Origin: the human T2T-CHM13v2.0 reference genome, Homo sapiens
Direction: 5' to 3' (one strand)
DNA length: 64,000 nucleotides
NCBI RefSeq assembly: GCF_009914755.1
Contig: NC_060944.1
Positions 50,929 to 64,000 of the stretch are shown piece after piece. Under the pieces are notes generated by a model. That model searched no databases. It was not told where the DNA came from and worked only from the letters and a program-made list of their open reading frames with translations. The position numbers and the translations under genes were made by a program. Each line of letters begins with the position of its first letter. The first letter of the stretch is position 1.

Positions 50929-51612
50929 TCAGCCCTATCCTCTACCTTCGATTCTTAGTTCTTGCTCTGCTTATATTCAGGGGCTAGTTCTGTTTCTCAG
51001 CACTCAGATTCATTCAAATGGATCTGAATCAGGAATTTGTGTCCAAGAAGAACTGAAGGAGAAGCATGTTGGATACCAGGGAAAGGGGTTAGAAAGGGAC
51101 CAAGGCCCTTTCCCTAAATTCAAAAGATTTTCTCCCTTCTTGAAACCTAATATTTTAATGCTTAATTCCTTTGTCTCCAGTTGATAAAAGAAATTAGTAA
51201 AGACTGGTGGGAACATCATGGAAGTAGAGGTCAGGAGGGCTGATTTGACGCTTGACTCCTGGTAAACTCAAGACCAATCTGAACTCATTGTATGATTTTT
51301 AATTTACCTCTAAGGAGTAAGAAACAGTGGAGTGGAAGAAGCATTGTAGTCAGGCAGATCTGGCTCGGGAGCCTGGCTCCAACACTAACCAACTAAATAA
51401 TCTTGGGAAAGTATTTCCCTTCATCTGAGTTATATTTTCCATCTTTAAAATGAGAATGACAATTCCTGCCTTACAGGCTGATTATAAGAGTTAAATGGAG
51501 TGATGTCTATAATGCCTGGGGTAAGACCTTGGCAGGTGTGGCGTTGCTTTCTACCTTTTATTTTTATTTTTATTTTTATTTTTTTACTAAAAACTAGAAG
51601 AGGCAAGGGGAA

Positions 51613-51730
51613 AAAAACTACAGCACCCAGTGTTTCCAGTCAGTCTCCCATCCAAGTACTAACCAGGTCTGATCCTGCTTACCTTTTGAGATCAGACAAG
51701 ATCAGGCATTTTCAGGGTGGTATGGCCATG
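51613..51730 (-). pseudogene. 5S rRNA pseudogene
   Basis: Reverse complement reads GGCCATACCACCCTGAAAATGCCTGATCTTGTCTGATCTC...CCTGGTTAGTACTTGGATGGGAGAC...GGGTGCTGTAG, with many CpG transitions. Confidence 0.93.
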
Positions 51731-51774
51731 CTTCCTTCCTTTTTAAGGCTAGACATGGCTTCCTGATTTCAGTG

Positions 51775-52325
51775 CTTGTGGTAGGTAGAATCTAAAGTTG
51801 CACCCTCAAGATTCCCATCCTCGGATTATTGAATCAAACACTAAGCTAGGCAATGCTGTGAAGGGATTTTGCAGAAAAATTAAAGACCCAAGTTAGTTGA
51901 CTTTAAGATTAGAGATTATCTCTAATTTTAAGGTCTAATCTCTGGCCCAGACCTAGTCAATTAGGTCCTTGAAAAGCGGAGTTTTCTTCTGGTTGGTAGA
52001 GAAGAATTGATTAGAGAGATTCAAATGATGAGAAGGATCCAACTTGCTATTCGTAGCTTTGAAGATGGTTGAGGCCAAGTGCCAAGGCATAAGGGTGGCA
52101 TCTAGAAGTGACAGCCAGTAAAGGAGCCTCAGTCCTACAACTCCAAGGAAATGACTCTGCTACAACCAGGGAGCTTGGGAGAGGACAGTGCATCCCAAAT
52201 GAGAACTACAGCCCTGGCTGACATTTCAATCTCGGCCTGGTAAGACCCGGAGCAAAGAACCCAGATGCACAATGCCAGACTTCTGACCCACAGATAATTT
52301 GTTACGTAGCAAAGGATAGCTCATA
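51775..52325 (+). mobile_element. MLT1-type MaLR LTR
   Basis: TGTGGTAGGTAGAATCTAAAG...CTCAGTCCTACAACTCCAAGGAA...GACTTCTGACCCACAG. Confidence 0.75.
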
Positions 52326-53926
52326 CAGCGCTTAATGTGTCTCCATGATTCTAAACTGAGCATCCCTCCAGTGGAATCTGGCCAGAGAGGCATGATCCTT
52401 TCAGATACTACTGAGTCTTGGAACTGTAGAACTTTGGAATGGAAAGAACTCTATTTATCATTGGTACCAAACTTCTGATTTCATAGATCAAAAGAAATGA
52501 GGTCAGATAGGATAATACAATGCATTAGGGGCAAGTCTGGGACTTACAATCCAGGACTCACTTCAGGAGCCCCACGTCTTCCCTGAGGACTGGCCACTGA
52601 GACTTTGAGTACTTTCCAACAATACTTCTTGTCATTAATGACCCCCTCCAGGAATGGACTGAAGCTAAGAAGAGTATGTGGTTCCTAATTTGGAGTGTAC
52701 ATCAAAATCATCTACGCATCTTTCAGAAAATATAGACTCTAGGCTGAATCAGAATCTCTAGAAAGTGCATCCTTGGGACTCCACTTTTTAAAAAGAACCC
52801 CAGGTGGTCCTAAAGCAGGCAGTGGGCTCCAGGAGATAGGCTGTTACTTGGGAACCATTGTTCTAGGTTTAGGCAGAGACAGAGTTCGGCAAATCAAACT
52901 GGGTTTGAGTCGTTGTAGCTCCTTTCCCCATTGTCAGCTTGAACTCTCACTTATTAATAAAAACCCTCCTCCGTTTCTTGTTGGCTCTTCTTAACCACTT
53001 ACTTGTGTGTATAAGCACACCTCATGGGTTTCTCTGCATCTACTGGGGATGCTTCTCAGAGATCTGGTCTCAGCTGTCTTCTGACATTACTTGACACATA
53101 CTTCCTGGGTAATCCCACTCGTTCCCACGATCCCAACTATGATTCCCATCTCTTCCTCCAGACTCATCCTCTATTCCAAACTAAAGACTTTTATTTCGAC
53201 CTGCCTGGGAAAAACACCATCTGGGCATCTCAGAAGCACCTCTGTTCCAACATATTTAAAACAGAACTATTATCTTCTTATGCCCAAGCACTACCTTACT
53301 TTCTATTCCGCATCTTGACATTTGGCATCAACAGGTCCAATCTGTTATTAGAATCCAGAGATTCACTCCTTCCTCTCCGCCACCCCAGTATCCCATCACT
53401 CATGGACTTGGGTCAATTCTATCTCCTAAACCTCTCTCCAAACCCTGTCTCCTGCCTCTCTTTACTACCACTCCCTCAGATCAGCACCTGATCTCACCCC
53501 TTGTCTCTTCTCAACTGCTGCAGCAGCCTCCTCACTGGTCCTCTCCCCTCAGGCTCATGCCTAGTGACTTATTAATTAAAAAACAATTAAACTTGCATGT
53601 CTGTGTGTGTGTGTGTGTGTGTGTACAGTGGGAATGAATGTGATCACCCAAGAATTATGTGTTGAGTGATATCATAAGACAGATGAGACCAGATCTCTGG
53701 GGATCATCCCTAGTAGATGCAAACTATATATATAGTCTCCTTCCGTATATAAAAATATGGAAAAGTTAGGGAAATAATTTGGGGGGAGCAAGTAAGGAAA
53801 GTATGTGGAGGGCCAGGGTCGTGAGCAGGGGTAGCTTTCTGTGGCCCCAAATCCACAGTAGAGGGGGCCTCATCTGACACTGGCACTGGCCTCATGTCTA
53901 ACCCTCATCCCCAAGAATGCTTTCTA

Positions 53927-54169
<243 letters not shown>

Positions 54170-55759
54170 TCACAGGTAAGAAGACTGACACCAGCATGGG
54201 GAAGGGGTCTGTCTGAGGTCAGATGGTGAGTTAGGGTGTGTCTAAGACATTCCGTTTCAGGACCCTGACCAATCCCCATACCCTGCCATGGTGCTGTACC
54301 TTGTGCCACACAGACACTTGCCTATTGTCTTGTTCCTGGGTAAAAGGCCACACTTGAATGATCACAAGGATTTATTTGGAACAGTTGCAGAGCTGGTTTG
54401 CCCACAGTCACTCCAGGGGCAACCCCAGACACTAGTGAGCATCTTTTCTTTGCTCCACTGATGACAGAAATGGATGGTATGAGATTTCCCAGAGGGCCTG
54501 GGCACACTCTACTGGATCTTGGTGCACCAGAAGCAAGAACAATCTCAGATGACCTTGGGTTAACAGAGAAATTCCTTTTATTCCTTCTGTGACTATCCAA
54601 GCCTAGGATCTTATGATACTCCCAGACAACCAGATGAACAGATGAGCTTCCCCCGCCTACTCAAGCCCCCATTTCCCATATGTGTCTTCATGATCCTTAC
54701 GTATTTTTTATTTTAAGGTGTGAAAAACTAATAATCCTTTACTGTATTAACTCTTAGAGTGCATGCATTTCAAAAATGCAAGAGGTGGGTAGAGGGAGAA
54801 AGAGGAAGCAAGAGACAGAGAAAACATCTTTATGCCAAAATATACATCTGTATTGGTGGAACTTCCGATACTGAGAAAGCTATGAAGGTATCTTGGAATA
54901 GAGTATCTTCCAGAGTTCCTGAAGCCATACCATGTGGCTGCCTAAAAGTAAAGACTTGTGACAATTTATCTCCCCAAACTTTTTTGTTGGGGGAGTTCTA
55001 ATCATGTATCCTCTTCAAATTTTACAATAGTGCCTATACTCTCTGGTCATGGAAATCATGACCCCAAACATAGTGATCTTGATTTTGGGCCTCGCTCAAT
55101 CCCTTATAACAGCATATCGTGGATCCTCAATTTCCTCATCTGGAAAATGGGAATAATACAATTAACCTGGAAGCTTTGTTGTCATTGTGAGGATTAAGAT
55201 GAGATAGCATGAAGATTTAATGAAGTGGTACGGAGTGGTAGGAAACGTAGCATTCAGAGTTAGACCTGAGTTCACATCCTGAATCCACCACTTATTGGCT
55301 GTGTGGCCTGGGTTCAGTCACTTCACTTCACTGAGCCTCAATTTGTCATAAAGGAAACAATAATAACACCTACCTCACAGACATGAGAATTACTTGAACT
55401 ATTTTTGTAAAGCATGACAAGTGGCTTGTAAATCAGTGTTTATTGTATTTTAGCCAGTTAACAAATAATGAATGGCAATAGTGAATGCCAACAAAAGTTC
55501 CTATTACCATTTTAGCTTTTGAGTTCCCTAGTTAGAGACTGTGTAAATCATTCCTTTAGTTCCCCTAAAAGATTAGCCAAAAGGCCCTCTGGTGCTTTAA
55601 ATTTTTATTATCAAGTCACTCTATGGGTTTGAAATTTTACCCTCTAACCTGAAAACATCTATTAACCCAGTCTTGAGAATCAGTTAATCAGATTAGCCTG
55701 CAGTCAGTTAGAAGAAAGCAGATCTCCTGGGATGGAGGCAGGGGAGAAACACAGATTAA

Positions 55760-55922
55760 TAGAATTGCCAAACATAATAGAGGATGTCCATTTATAATTT
55801 TAGCATAAGTATATCCCATGCAATATAAGGAACATAGTTCTACTAAAAAAGTATTTGATGTTTATCTGACATTCAAATTTAATTGGTCATCCTCTATTTT
55901 TATTTTCTAAATCTGGCAACTT
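55760..55922. mobile_element. MER53-like hAT MITE
   Basis: TTTATCTGACATTCAAATTTAATTGG...TAAATCTGGCAAC. Confidence 0.6.
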
Positions 55923-56045
55923 TGACACAGAATGAATCCATTTTGGTTGGACTGGGGTTTGTTTGGGCAAGAGACTACAAAACACAGGTCTTATAGGTAA
56001 CAAATGAGCATAATTGCAAGAGTTGCTCAGTGGGGGCTCTGAAGA

Positions 56046-56104
56046 ACTAGGACAGACCTGGAATACTAGGACAGACCTGGAATACTAGGACAGACCTGGA
56101 ATAC
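56046..56104. repeat. 19-bp minisatellite, 3 perfect copies
   Basis: (ACTAGGACAGACCTGGAAT)x3. Confidence 0.92.
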
Positions 56105-56141
56105 ACGGACACAAATGTGCTATATAAATAACACACTAGGT

Positions 56142-56686
56142 TCTGGGCACGGTGGCTCATGTTTGTAATCTCAGCACTTTGAGAGGCCAAGACAGGAGGA
56201 TCACTTGAGCCCAGGAGTTCAAGACCCACCTGGGCATGGGCTGGGTGCGGTGGCTCACGCCTGTAATCCCAGCACTTTGGGAGGCCCAGGTGGGCGGATT
56301 ATGAGGTCAGGAGATTGAGACCATCCTGGCTAACACGGTGAAATCCCGTCTATACTAAACAAAATACAAAAAATTAACCGGGCGTGGTGGCGGGCGCCTG
56401 TAGTCCCAGCTATTCGGGAGGCTGAGGCAGGAGAATGGCGTGAACCCGGGAGGCAGAGCTTTCAGTGAGCCGAGATCGCCGCCACTGCACTCCAGCCTGG
56501 GCAATAGAGAGAGACTCTGTCTCAAAAAAAAAAAAAAAACTTAGCCCAGCATGGCAGCGCACACCTGTGGTTCTAGCTACTTAGGAGGCTGAGCTGGGAG
56601 AATCACTTGAGCCCAGGAGGTCAGTGTTTCAATGAGCCATGATCATGCCCCTGCACTTCAGCCTGGGTGACAGAATGAGACCCTGT
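56142..56686 (+). mobile_element. AluJ split by an AluY (56238-56539)
   Basis: AluJ left arm, then a full AluY (ACCATCCTGGCTAACACGGTG, GGAGAATGGCGTGAACCCGGG), then the AluJ right arm. Confidence 0.88.
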
Positions 56687-57040
56687 GGAGGAAGGGAAAG
56701 GAAAGGAAAGGAGAGAAGAGGAGAGGAGAGAAGAGAATAGGGGAGAGGGAGAAAAAAGAAGAAAGAGAGAGTGAAAGAAAGGAAAGAAAGAAAGAAGGAA
56801 GGAAGGAAGGAAGGAAAGAAAGAAAAAGAAAGAGAGACAAAGAAGGAAGGAAAAGGAAAGGAAAGGAAGAAAGAAAGAGAAAGAAAGAAAGAAAGGAAGG
56901 AAGGAAGGAAGAAGAAAGGAAGGAAGAAGAGAGAGTGAGGGAGGGAAAGGAAGAAAGAGAAAGAGGGAGGGAAAGAAGGAAAGAAGGAAGGAGAGAAGGA
57001 AGGAAGGAAGGGAAAAAGGGAGGGAGGGAAGGAAGGAAGG
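56687..57040. repeat. ~350-bp near-pure purine (GAAA/GGAA) tract
   Basis: Almost exclusively A/G; derived from the Alu tail. Confidence 0.95.
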
Positions 57041-58252
57041 ACACACACCAGGAATGAAGAGATTTTGATTGAAATCCACGCTTCACCATCAAATCACTGT
57101 GTCAACTTGGGCTAGTTTTACCTCCGTCTACCCATTTGAAATTTTACCTCCATCTACCCTTTTGAAAAATAAGTGGATCTGACTAGATTAGGCTTGTTCA
57201 GGCTGGGGTACCCATATCCCTCAGGATACAGGTAGATTTTCCAGGAGGTACACAGGTACAGAGGGATCTGAGGACATTACTGATTATTAAACTACATATT
57301 TACTTTTTCCTGAAGTTGATTTACTTGAGAATGAGCCACCCTGAAGTTCTCCTTTTCTTCCTCTCTTTGATTAAGTCCTTCCTCTTTAAATTTTTTTTAA
57401 AAAAAGCATACTTCTTACCTATCTCTCACATGTCTTCAAAGTGTAAAAACTTCTGAATTCCAAACAAAGGAACAATTCAAGAATGCATTTTCCTGAGGAT
57501 GCTTTCCATGGAAGCAAAGGAAAGAAAGTGTGAGTAAGAAATACCAAGGGGTCAGCACCGGTTTCATTCAGGTGGCAAACTCACACTAAGCCACTGTGCC
57601 TTTTGCTGTCTACCCTAGAAATAGGATTCAGGAGTGTGATAGTTGCCACGGGGATGTAGATTAAGACATTGATTTGAATTGAAAAATGAAGACATTCTTT
57701 TGTGGGAGAAATGAGTTTGACTGATTTGGCTGATGGAGGACTGACTTTGCCAATTAGTTAAATCTGTGCCATCAAGTTTTTTAAAAAAATTATTTAAAGT
57801 ATGCAGTAAGATAAAAGCATTTTATGAAAGTAATCACAAAATTTTAAAAAAATATATTTTTTATAAAATGCTTTCAAACTTTCCTATATTTTGAAACCAT
57901 AGTATTCAAACTTTCCAGCACTTACAGAGCATTTCAGATTAGATAAGGTGACTAAATGAAAGAATAACATGTATAACTAATCATATTATTAATCATTTGG
58001 TAGATGCTGGTAAAGCCTTTTTAGTTAACTTTCTGGAAATTAAGAAAATCACTTGTGATTTGTGATTAGTATTCTACCAGCTAAAAAACAAATCCTTTTG
58101 CAGGATACCAGGTGTCCAATTCTATGCCTTTATAAAAATTGAAGGAGCGTTTAATCAAGCTATTGATTAATAATTAAATTAGATCATTAAAATAATTTTT
58201 AAATGCTTAATATTATTTTAATATAATCTCTTGAGATCAATAACATATTGCT

Positions 58253-59005
<753 letters not shown>

Positions 59006-59629
59006 TAAATGCCAAAAAAAAATCAACTTTACAAAATAGCGTTATCAATGTTAACTATTTTCAAATACAAGTAGGGACTGAACATATATGCATGGAATCA
59101 TGTTCTCATTCACTGACATAAGTGTAAGTGTGCCTCCAAACAAGTTACTATGAGGGTAAATACATAAATATATTCAAAATACACACACTCAAATAATAAG
59201 CCACAGATCACCCACCATTTTCCAAGACCAAAATTTTCACATAAATATAAGGGCAAATACAGCCAAATACCAGTGTAAATTAACACGCTTACATACACAG
59301 ATATGTGAAAATACCAGAATTCAAAGTGACATGCAGACATGTAACACAGGTGTTTATGCATAAACACACAGCTTGGTCAGAAACGGCCCATACAGAAACA
59401 GTGGTCTACTGAAACACAGAATACTGCTGTGACATTCTCACTAGCGATGAAAACTCAACAGTTCACAATAAAACTGACTTTTAAAATGCTCATGCTTTAA
59501 ATAATAGAGACAAAGGAACCAGACTTCTAAAGCCACTCTCCACTGCCACTGAATTTCTTATAAGTTGATAATGTGAAGGCAATTTCAAAAACGTAAAAGC
59601 ACAGGGAGGTTGGTGACTCCCATCTGGAA

Positions 59630-60715
59630 TAAAGATTTGTTAAATGAAATCACTGAAATTGAACAGAGAAACATTCTGTAAAGTTAGCTAAATCATTTTT
59701 ACCTTTTTTCTTGTTAGAGACAGAACCTCACTCTGTCACTCAGGCTGCAGTGCAGCCGGGCCATCCTAGCTCACTGCAGCCTCAAACTTCTGGACTCAAG
59801 CCATCCTCCTGCTTCAGCCTCCTGAGTAGCTGGGATTACAGGCATGCACCACCATGCATGGCTCAAATTCTTTTTACTGTGAAGGCCCTGCTAGAGACTT
59901 GCTACTGCTCTAGTTCACATCTTGTAGAGGCAAAACTAAAAAAGCTGTTGCTGTGCGCAGGTGCTGTGGGAGAACCCAAGAAAAATGGTCTGAACTGAAA
60001 ATCTCCATTTCCACTACCCAATTTCCAACTGGTATACTGTCCACAGAAAATTTGGAGTTGTTCCCTAATGGGAAGCCAAAAACATCAGAGTACAATCATG
60101 GATGGCTCAAGGGTATCTTTGTGGTGTGGAATAGTGATGTTTCATAGCCTAAGCCTGTCATAGAGGCCTTGGAGCTTTCAATACTGATGATTGTGCTTCA
60201 TAAGTGTCTCAGAGATGTCACTGTTATTTTTTTCTTGTATTCTTCTAGCACTCTCCTCATGGAGGTTATCTCCCTTTTCACAGAGGTCAATTCAACATCC
60301 TGGCTCTGTATTTGCTGAGTATATGTCTTCTCCATCTGTTTCATATGGCCTTCAGCTTTCCTGAAATTGTATTCTTGATAGAGACACACCTGATGTAATG
60401 TCCAGAAGGCCAAGTACTTGGGAGCTAATGCCCAACACTATCTCCAGTCACAGTCCAGCCAATACCATAGCTTTATATTCCTGAATTCAGTGAGGACAAT
60501 ATCTAGCCTTCCAGAAAGTGTACTGTTGCAGGCAGGACAGATAGCAGGTGAACCACAAAAGTGACCACTGCCATGCTGATCACAGAAGATGTGAGAGCAG
60601 ATGGTGACCCATGCATAACCAGAGAGTTCAATGTGACACTCTCGATAATTACAAAACAACATGTCTTCACACAAAGACATAATAGGATAGTGAGGTCTCC
60701 AGATGCTGAAAATAG
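59630..60715 (-). pseudogene. CCNB1IP1 (HEI10) processed pseudogene
   Basis: CDS 60680-59863: MSLCEDMLFCNYRECHIELSGYAWVTICSHIFCDQHGSG..CPACNSTLSG.. / AFWT..YQEYNFRKAEGHMKQMEK.. / FPLGNNSKF.. / [10 protein letters not shown]. Intronless and frameshifted; an Alu monomer directly follows the stop. Confidence 0.95.
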
Positions 60716-61452
60716 TCCATGAAAGAAATATGCAGTCATCATCCATTGTATATCTAGAATTTACAGCACTGAAGAGGTCCAGACTGAAACAGTAAGACTC
60801 AGATCTGGTTTTGGCCTTGAAATTTTACTTCTCTGGTATCAGATGAATCCAGCTTCTATGTAGGTATCAAGTTGAACTACAGGATCTATCAGCTACTTAG
60901 CATCATCTCTTTATAGTCACATCAGCCTTTAACTCTTCCTTTATTGAGAATTTCCAAATCCAATCCTGCTTGATTTTCAGGGGGTCTGCAGATGACCTTT
61001 CACAGGGCCACTTCTGGCCTGGCACACAGGGTGCTAAAGACCCAGGTCTTACCTCTTCAGTGGATTTCATCTTCAACCTGCCCTCCTTCTCCCTTTAGGA
61101 GAGGGAGGGTTAAAATAATTTTTGATTATGAGTATCATGTGATATTTGGCAACTTACTAGAAGTTCAAAGAACCAAATGTCATACTTAAAACTTTTTGTC
61201 CCTGTACACTTACATATTAAAAGATGAATTCCTATAGATTTGTATTTATCAATAAAATTGTGTTTCTCAATTTTTACAATGTGTTTATTTACATGTTCAT
61301 TATTATTATATCATTGAAATAACAAATGGATTTTAAAAATTAATCCATAAGAAAAAATTTGATTCCTGGAGTCTCATGGTCACAGTAAATAATTTAAATT
61401 TTAACTTATGCATATGTTTTTAATTGCATAGCAGTAGGAAAATAGCATGAAT

Positions 61453-62074
61453 GGCATTGCCTAGGTTGTCTTTCAGGATTTTTATAGTTTTGGGTTTAAA
61501 ATTTAAGTCTTTAATCCATCTTGAGTTAATTTTTGTAAATTGTGCAAGGAAGGGGTCCAGTTTCAGTCTTCTGCATATGGATAGCCAGTTATCCCAGCAC
61601 CATTTATTGAATAGGGAGTCCTTTCCCCTTCACAATAGCAAAGACATAGAATTGACCTAAATGTCCATCAATGGTAGACTGGATAAAGAAAATGTGATAC
61701 ATACACACAGTGGAATACTATGCAGCCATGAAAAAGAATGAGATCATGTCCTTTGCAGAAACATGGTGGAGCTGGAAGCCATCATCCTTAGCAAACTAAT
61801 GCAGGAACAGAAAACCAAATACCGCATGTTCTCACTTATAAGGGGGAGCTAAATGATGAGAACACATGGAGACATAGAAGGGAACAACAGACACTGAAGC
61901 CTATGGGAGGTTGGAGGGTAGGAGGAAGGAGAGGATCAGGAAAAATAACTAATGAGTACTAGGCTTAATACATGGGTGTCAAAACAATCTGTACAACAAA
62001 CCCCCATGGCACAAGTTTACCTATATAACAAGTCTGCACACGTACCCATGAACTTAAAAGTTAAATTAAAAAAA
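61453..62074. mobile_element. L1PA insertion with 5' inversion
   Basis: Antisense ORF2 piece at 61453-~61628 joined to a sense 3' end with A-tail. TSD GAAAAT(A/G)GCATGAAT at 61438-61452 and 62075-62089. Confidence 0.85.
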
Positions 62075-62299
62075 GAAAATGGCATGAATAAAAGACTTCT
62101 GAGCATAAGATTATATTCCATTATACTGAAAGTCTGGGGGGTAAGAGGAATGAAAATATGAGTTCAATGAAAAAAATTAATGTTTTAAATTTTCTAACTG
62201 TTAAAGAATTGCTTTCCATATATTTTAAATAGATGCTTGTGGGTATCAAATTAGTATATTTCTACCCCAGTGATTATATATATTTTAAAAAATTATGTA

Positions 62300-63985
62300 G
62301 CAGTTTAAAAAATTTACATGTTCACATAATGCATTGAGATTCATTTATGTTGTGTGTTGTTTGTTCTTTTTTATTGCTGAATTTTGTCCATTCTATGGCT
62401 ATACAACAGGTTCATCCTTTCTCTTGTTCATGGAAATTTGGGTTATTTCCAGTTTGGGGCAATTATGAATGAAGCCCATACAAACATTTGTATAGAGGTA
62501 TTTTTATGAACCTAAGTTTTCATTTCTCTTAAATAAATACCAGGAAGTGGTATTGCCGGGTTATGTGACCAGTGTATGTTTGTAAGAAACTGCCAAACTC
62601 TTTTCCAAAGTCACAGTACCATTTTGCATTTTCATTAGTAATGCATGCACTACTCTCCTAAGAGTTCCACTTGCTCCACACACCTGTTAGCGTTTGGTAT
62701 TGTAAATGCTTTTATTTTAGTCGTTCTAATAGATGTGCAGTGGTAAGACTGCATGCTATTTGGAGAAATGAAAGTAATTAGCCTACATTTGTGGAACTCT
62801 AAGAATCTAAGCCACTTCAAATGTTGGTGGGAAGATTTTTCGTATTTTCCAACTTCTCCTAGGACAGCTTTCAAATCCAGTTGGTTCCTTGGTTTCTGAG
62901 CCTGCTTGGGTAGGAGTTTCTCCAGAGCCCCATCATTGAACCTACTTTAAAAAAAAGTCTTCATAATTTCCATACTTTATTGTCCTTAAATCGTTAATTT
63001 TAAGTTTAATATTATTCCTTTTTTATTTTCCATGTCTGATTCTCTACCCACAATCTTTTTGTTTTCATTAGATTTTATTTGCCTTTCTTTTTCCAACTTG
63101 AAATGGATCATTGGTCAATTTCATTCATTTCTCATTTCCTATAATTTACTTCCATTTTTATTTTTAATTTGAGACATACCTCTTTCATCACTGCTTTCAT
63201 TGCACTTTAAGAAATTTATTTTAATTGACTAATAATAATTATTTATATTTATGTGCTACAATTTAATGTTTTGATGTATGTACACATTGCGGAATGGTTA
63301 TATCAGGGTAATTAACACATCCATCACCTCAGATACTTATCATTTTTTAAATTAGAACATTTCTGTAGCAATTCTGAAATGTACAATACATTGTTAACTA
63401 TGGTCACCATGCTATGCAATAGATCTCAGAGACTTCTTTCCTTTGTCTAACTGAAACTTTATCCCCTTAACCAACATCTTCCCTTTCCCCATACACTCCA
63501 CCCTGACCCCTGGCAACGGCCTCTGATAACCACCATCTACTCTCTACTTCTACAAGTTCAACTTTTTAGATTCCACATGTAAGTGAGACATGCAATATTT
63601 GTCTTTCTCTGCCTGGCTTGTTTCACTTAGCATAATGTTCTTCATCTTCATCCATGTTGTTGCAAATGACAGAATTTCCTTCTTTTTAAAGGCTGAATAG
63701 TAGTTCATTGTGTATGTATACCACTTTTTTACCCATTTATCCATTGCTGAACACTTAGGTTGATTCCATATCTTGGCTATTGTGAGTAATGCTGCAATGA
63801 ACATAGCAGTGCCAATATCTCTTCAACATACTGATTTCATTTCTTTTGGATATATACCCAAATATGGGATTGCTGGATTATGCAGTAATTCTACTTTTAG
63901 TATTTTTGAGGAAGCTCCACACTATTCTTCATAATGGCTGTACTAATTTATACTCCCACCAACAGTGTTCAAGAATTCCCTTTTC
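62300..63985 (-). mobile_element. Old L1M fragments (62300-62750; 63210-63985); an Alu begins at ~63986
   Basis: Antisense L1 ORF2 C-terminus ([18 protein letters not shown]...) and 3'UTR. Confidence 0.8.
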
Positions 63986-64000
63986 AGCCAGGTGCGGTGG

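Noticed and set aside
57190-58240. Possible Charlie-type hAT transposon remnant
   Set aside because: The resemblance is too degraded to delimit or name without a Dfam search.

Overview
Human (primate) genomic DNA, recognisable as the telomeric WFDC/Kunitz protease-inhibitor cluster of chr20q13.12. All genes are on the minus strand: SPINT3 (2 coding exons, 89 aa), WFDC6 (3 exons, 86 aa, plus a disabled Kunitz exon and an alternative ASLST* terminal exon), EPPIN (4 exons, 133 aa) and WFDC8 exons 2-6 (exon 1 lies beyond the right edge). Exon boundaries were read by hand from GT-AG sites and phases. Interspersed are retrocopies of COX6C, HSPD1 (5' fragment only) and CCNB1IP1/HEI10, a 5S rRNA pseudogene, a near-full-length Hsmar1 mariner, a deleted ERV1 provirus with an env remnant, ERVL/MaLR pieces, and many Alu, L1 and MER elements. 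I found no new biological system in the sense of an unknown gene family. The least expected signals are fossil exons: a dead duplicate Kunitz exon next to EPPIN exon 3, a SPINT3-like leader-exon relic, and a speculative WFDC9-like WAP relic. Also notable are compensating frameshifts in WFDC6, a phase-1 exon-cassette layout that allows inter-gene chimeras, and a COX6C fossil resembling the non-anthropoid protein. Gene and repeat names come from recalled sequences, not database searches; repeat boundaries are approximate.
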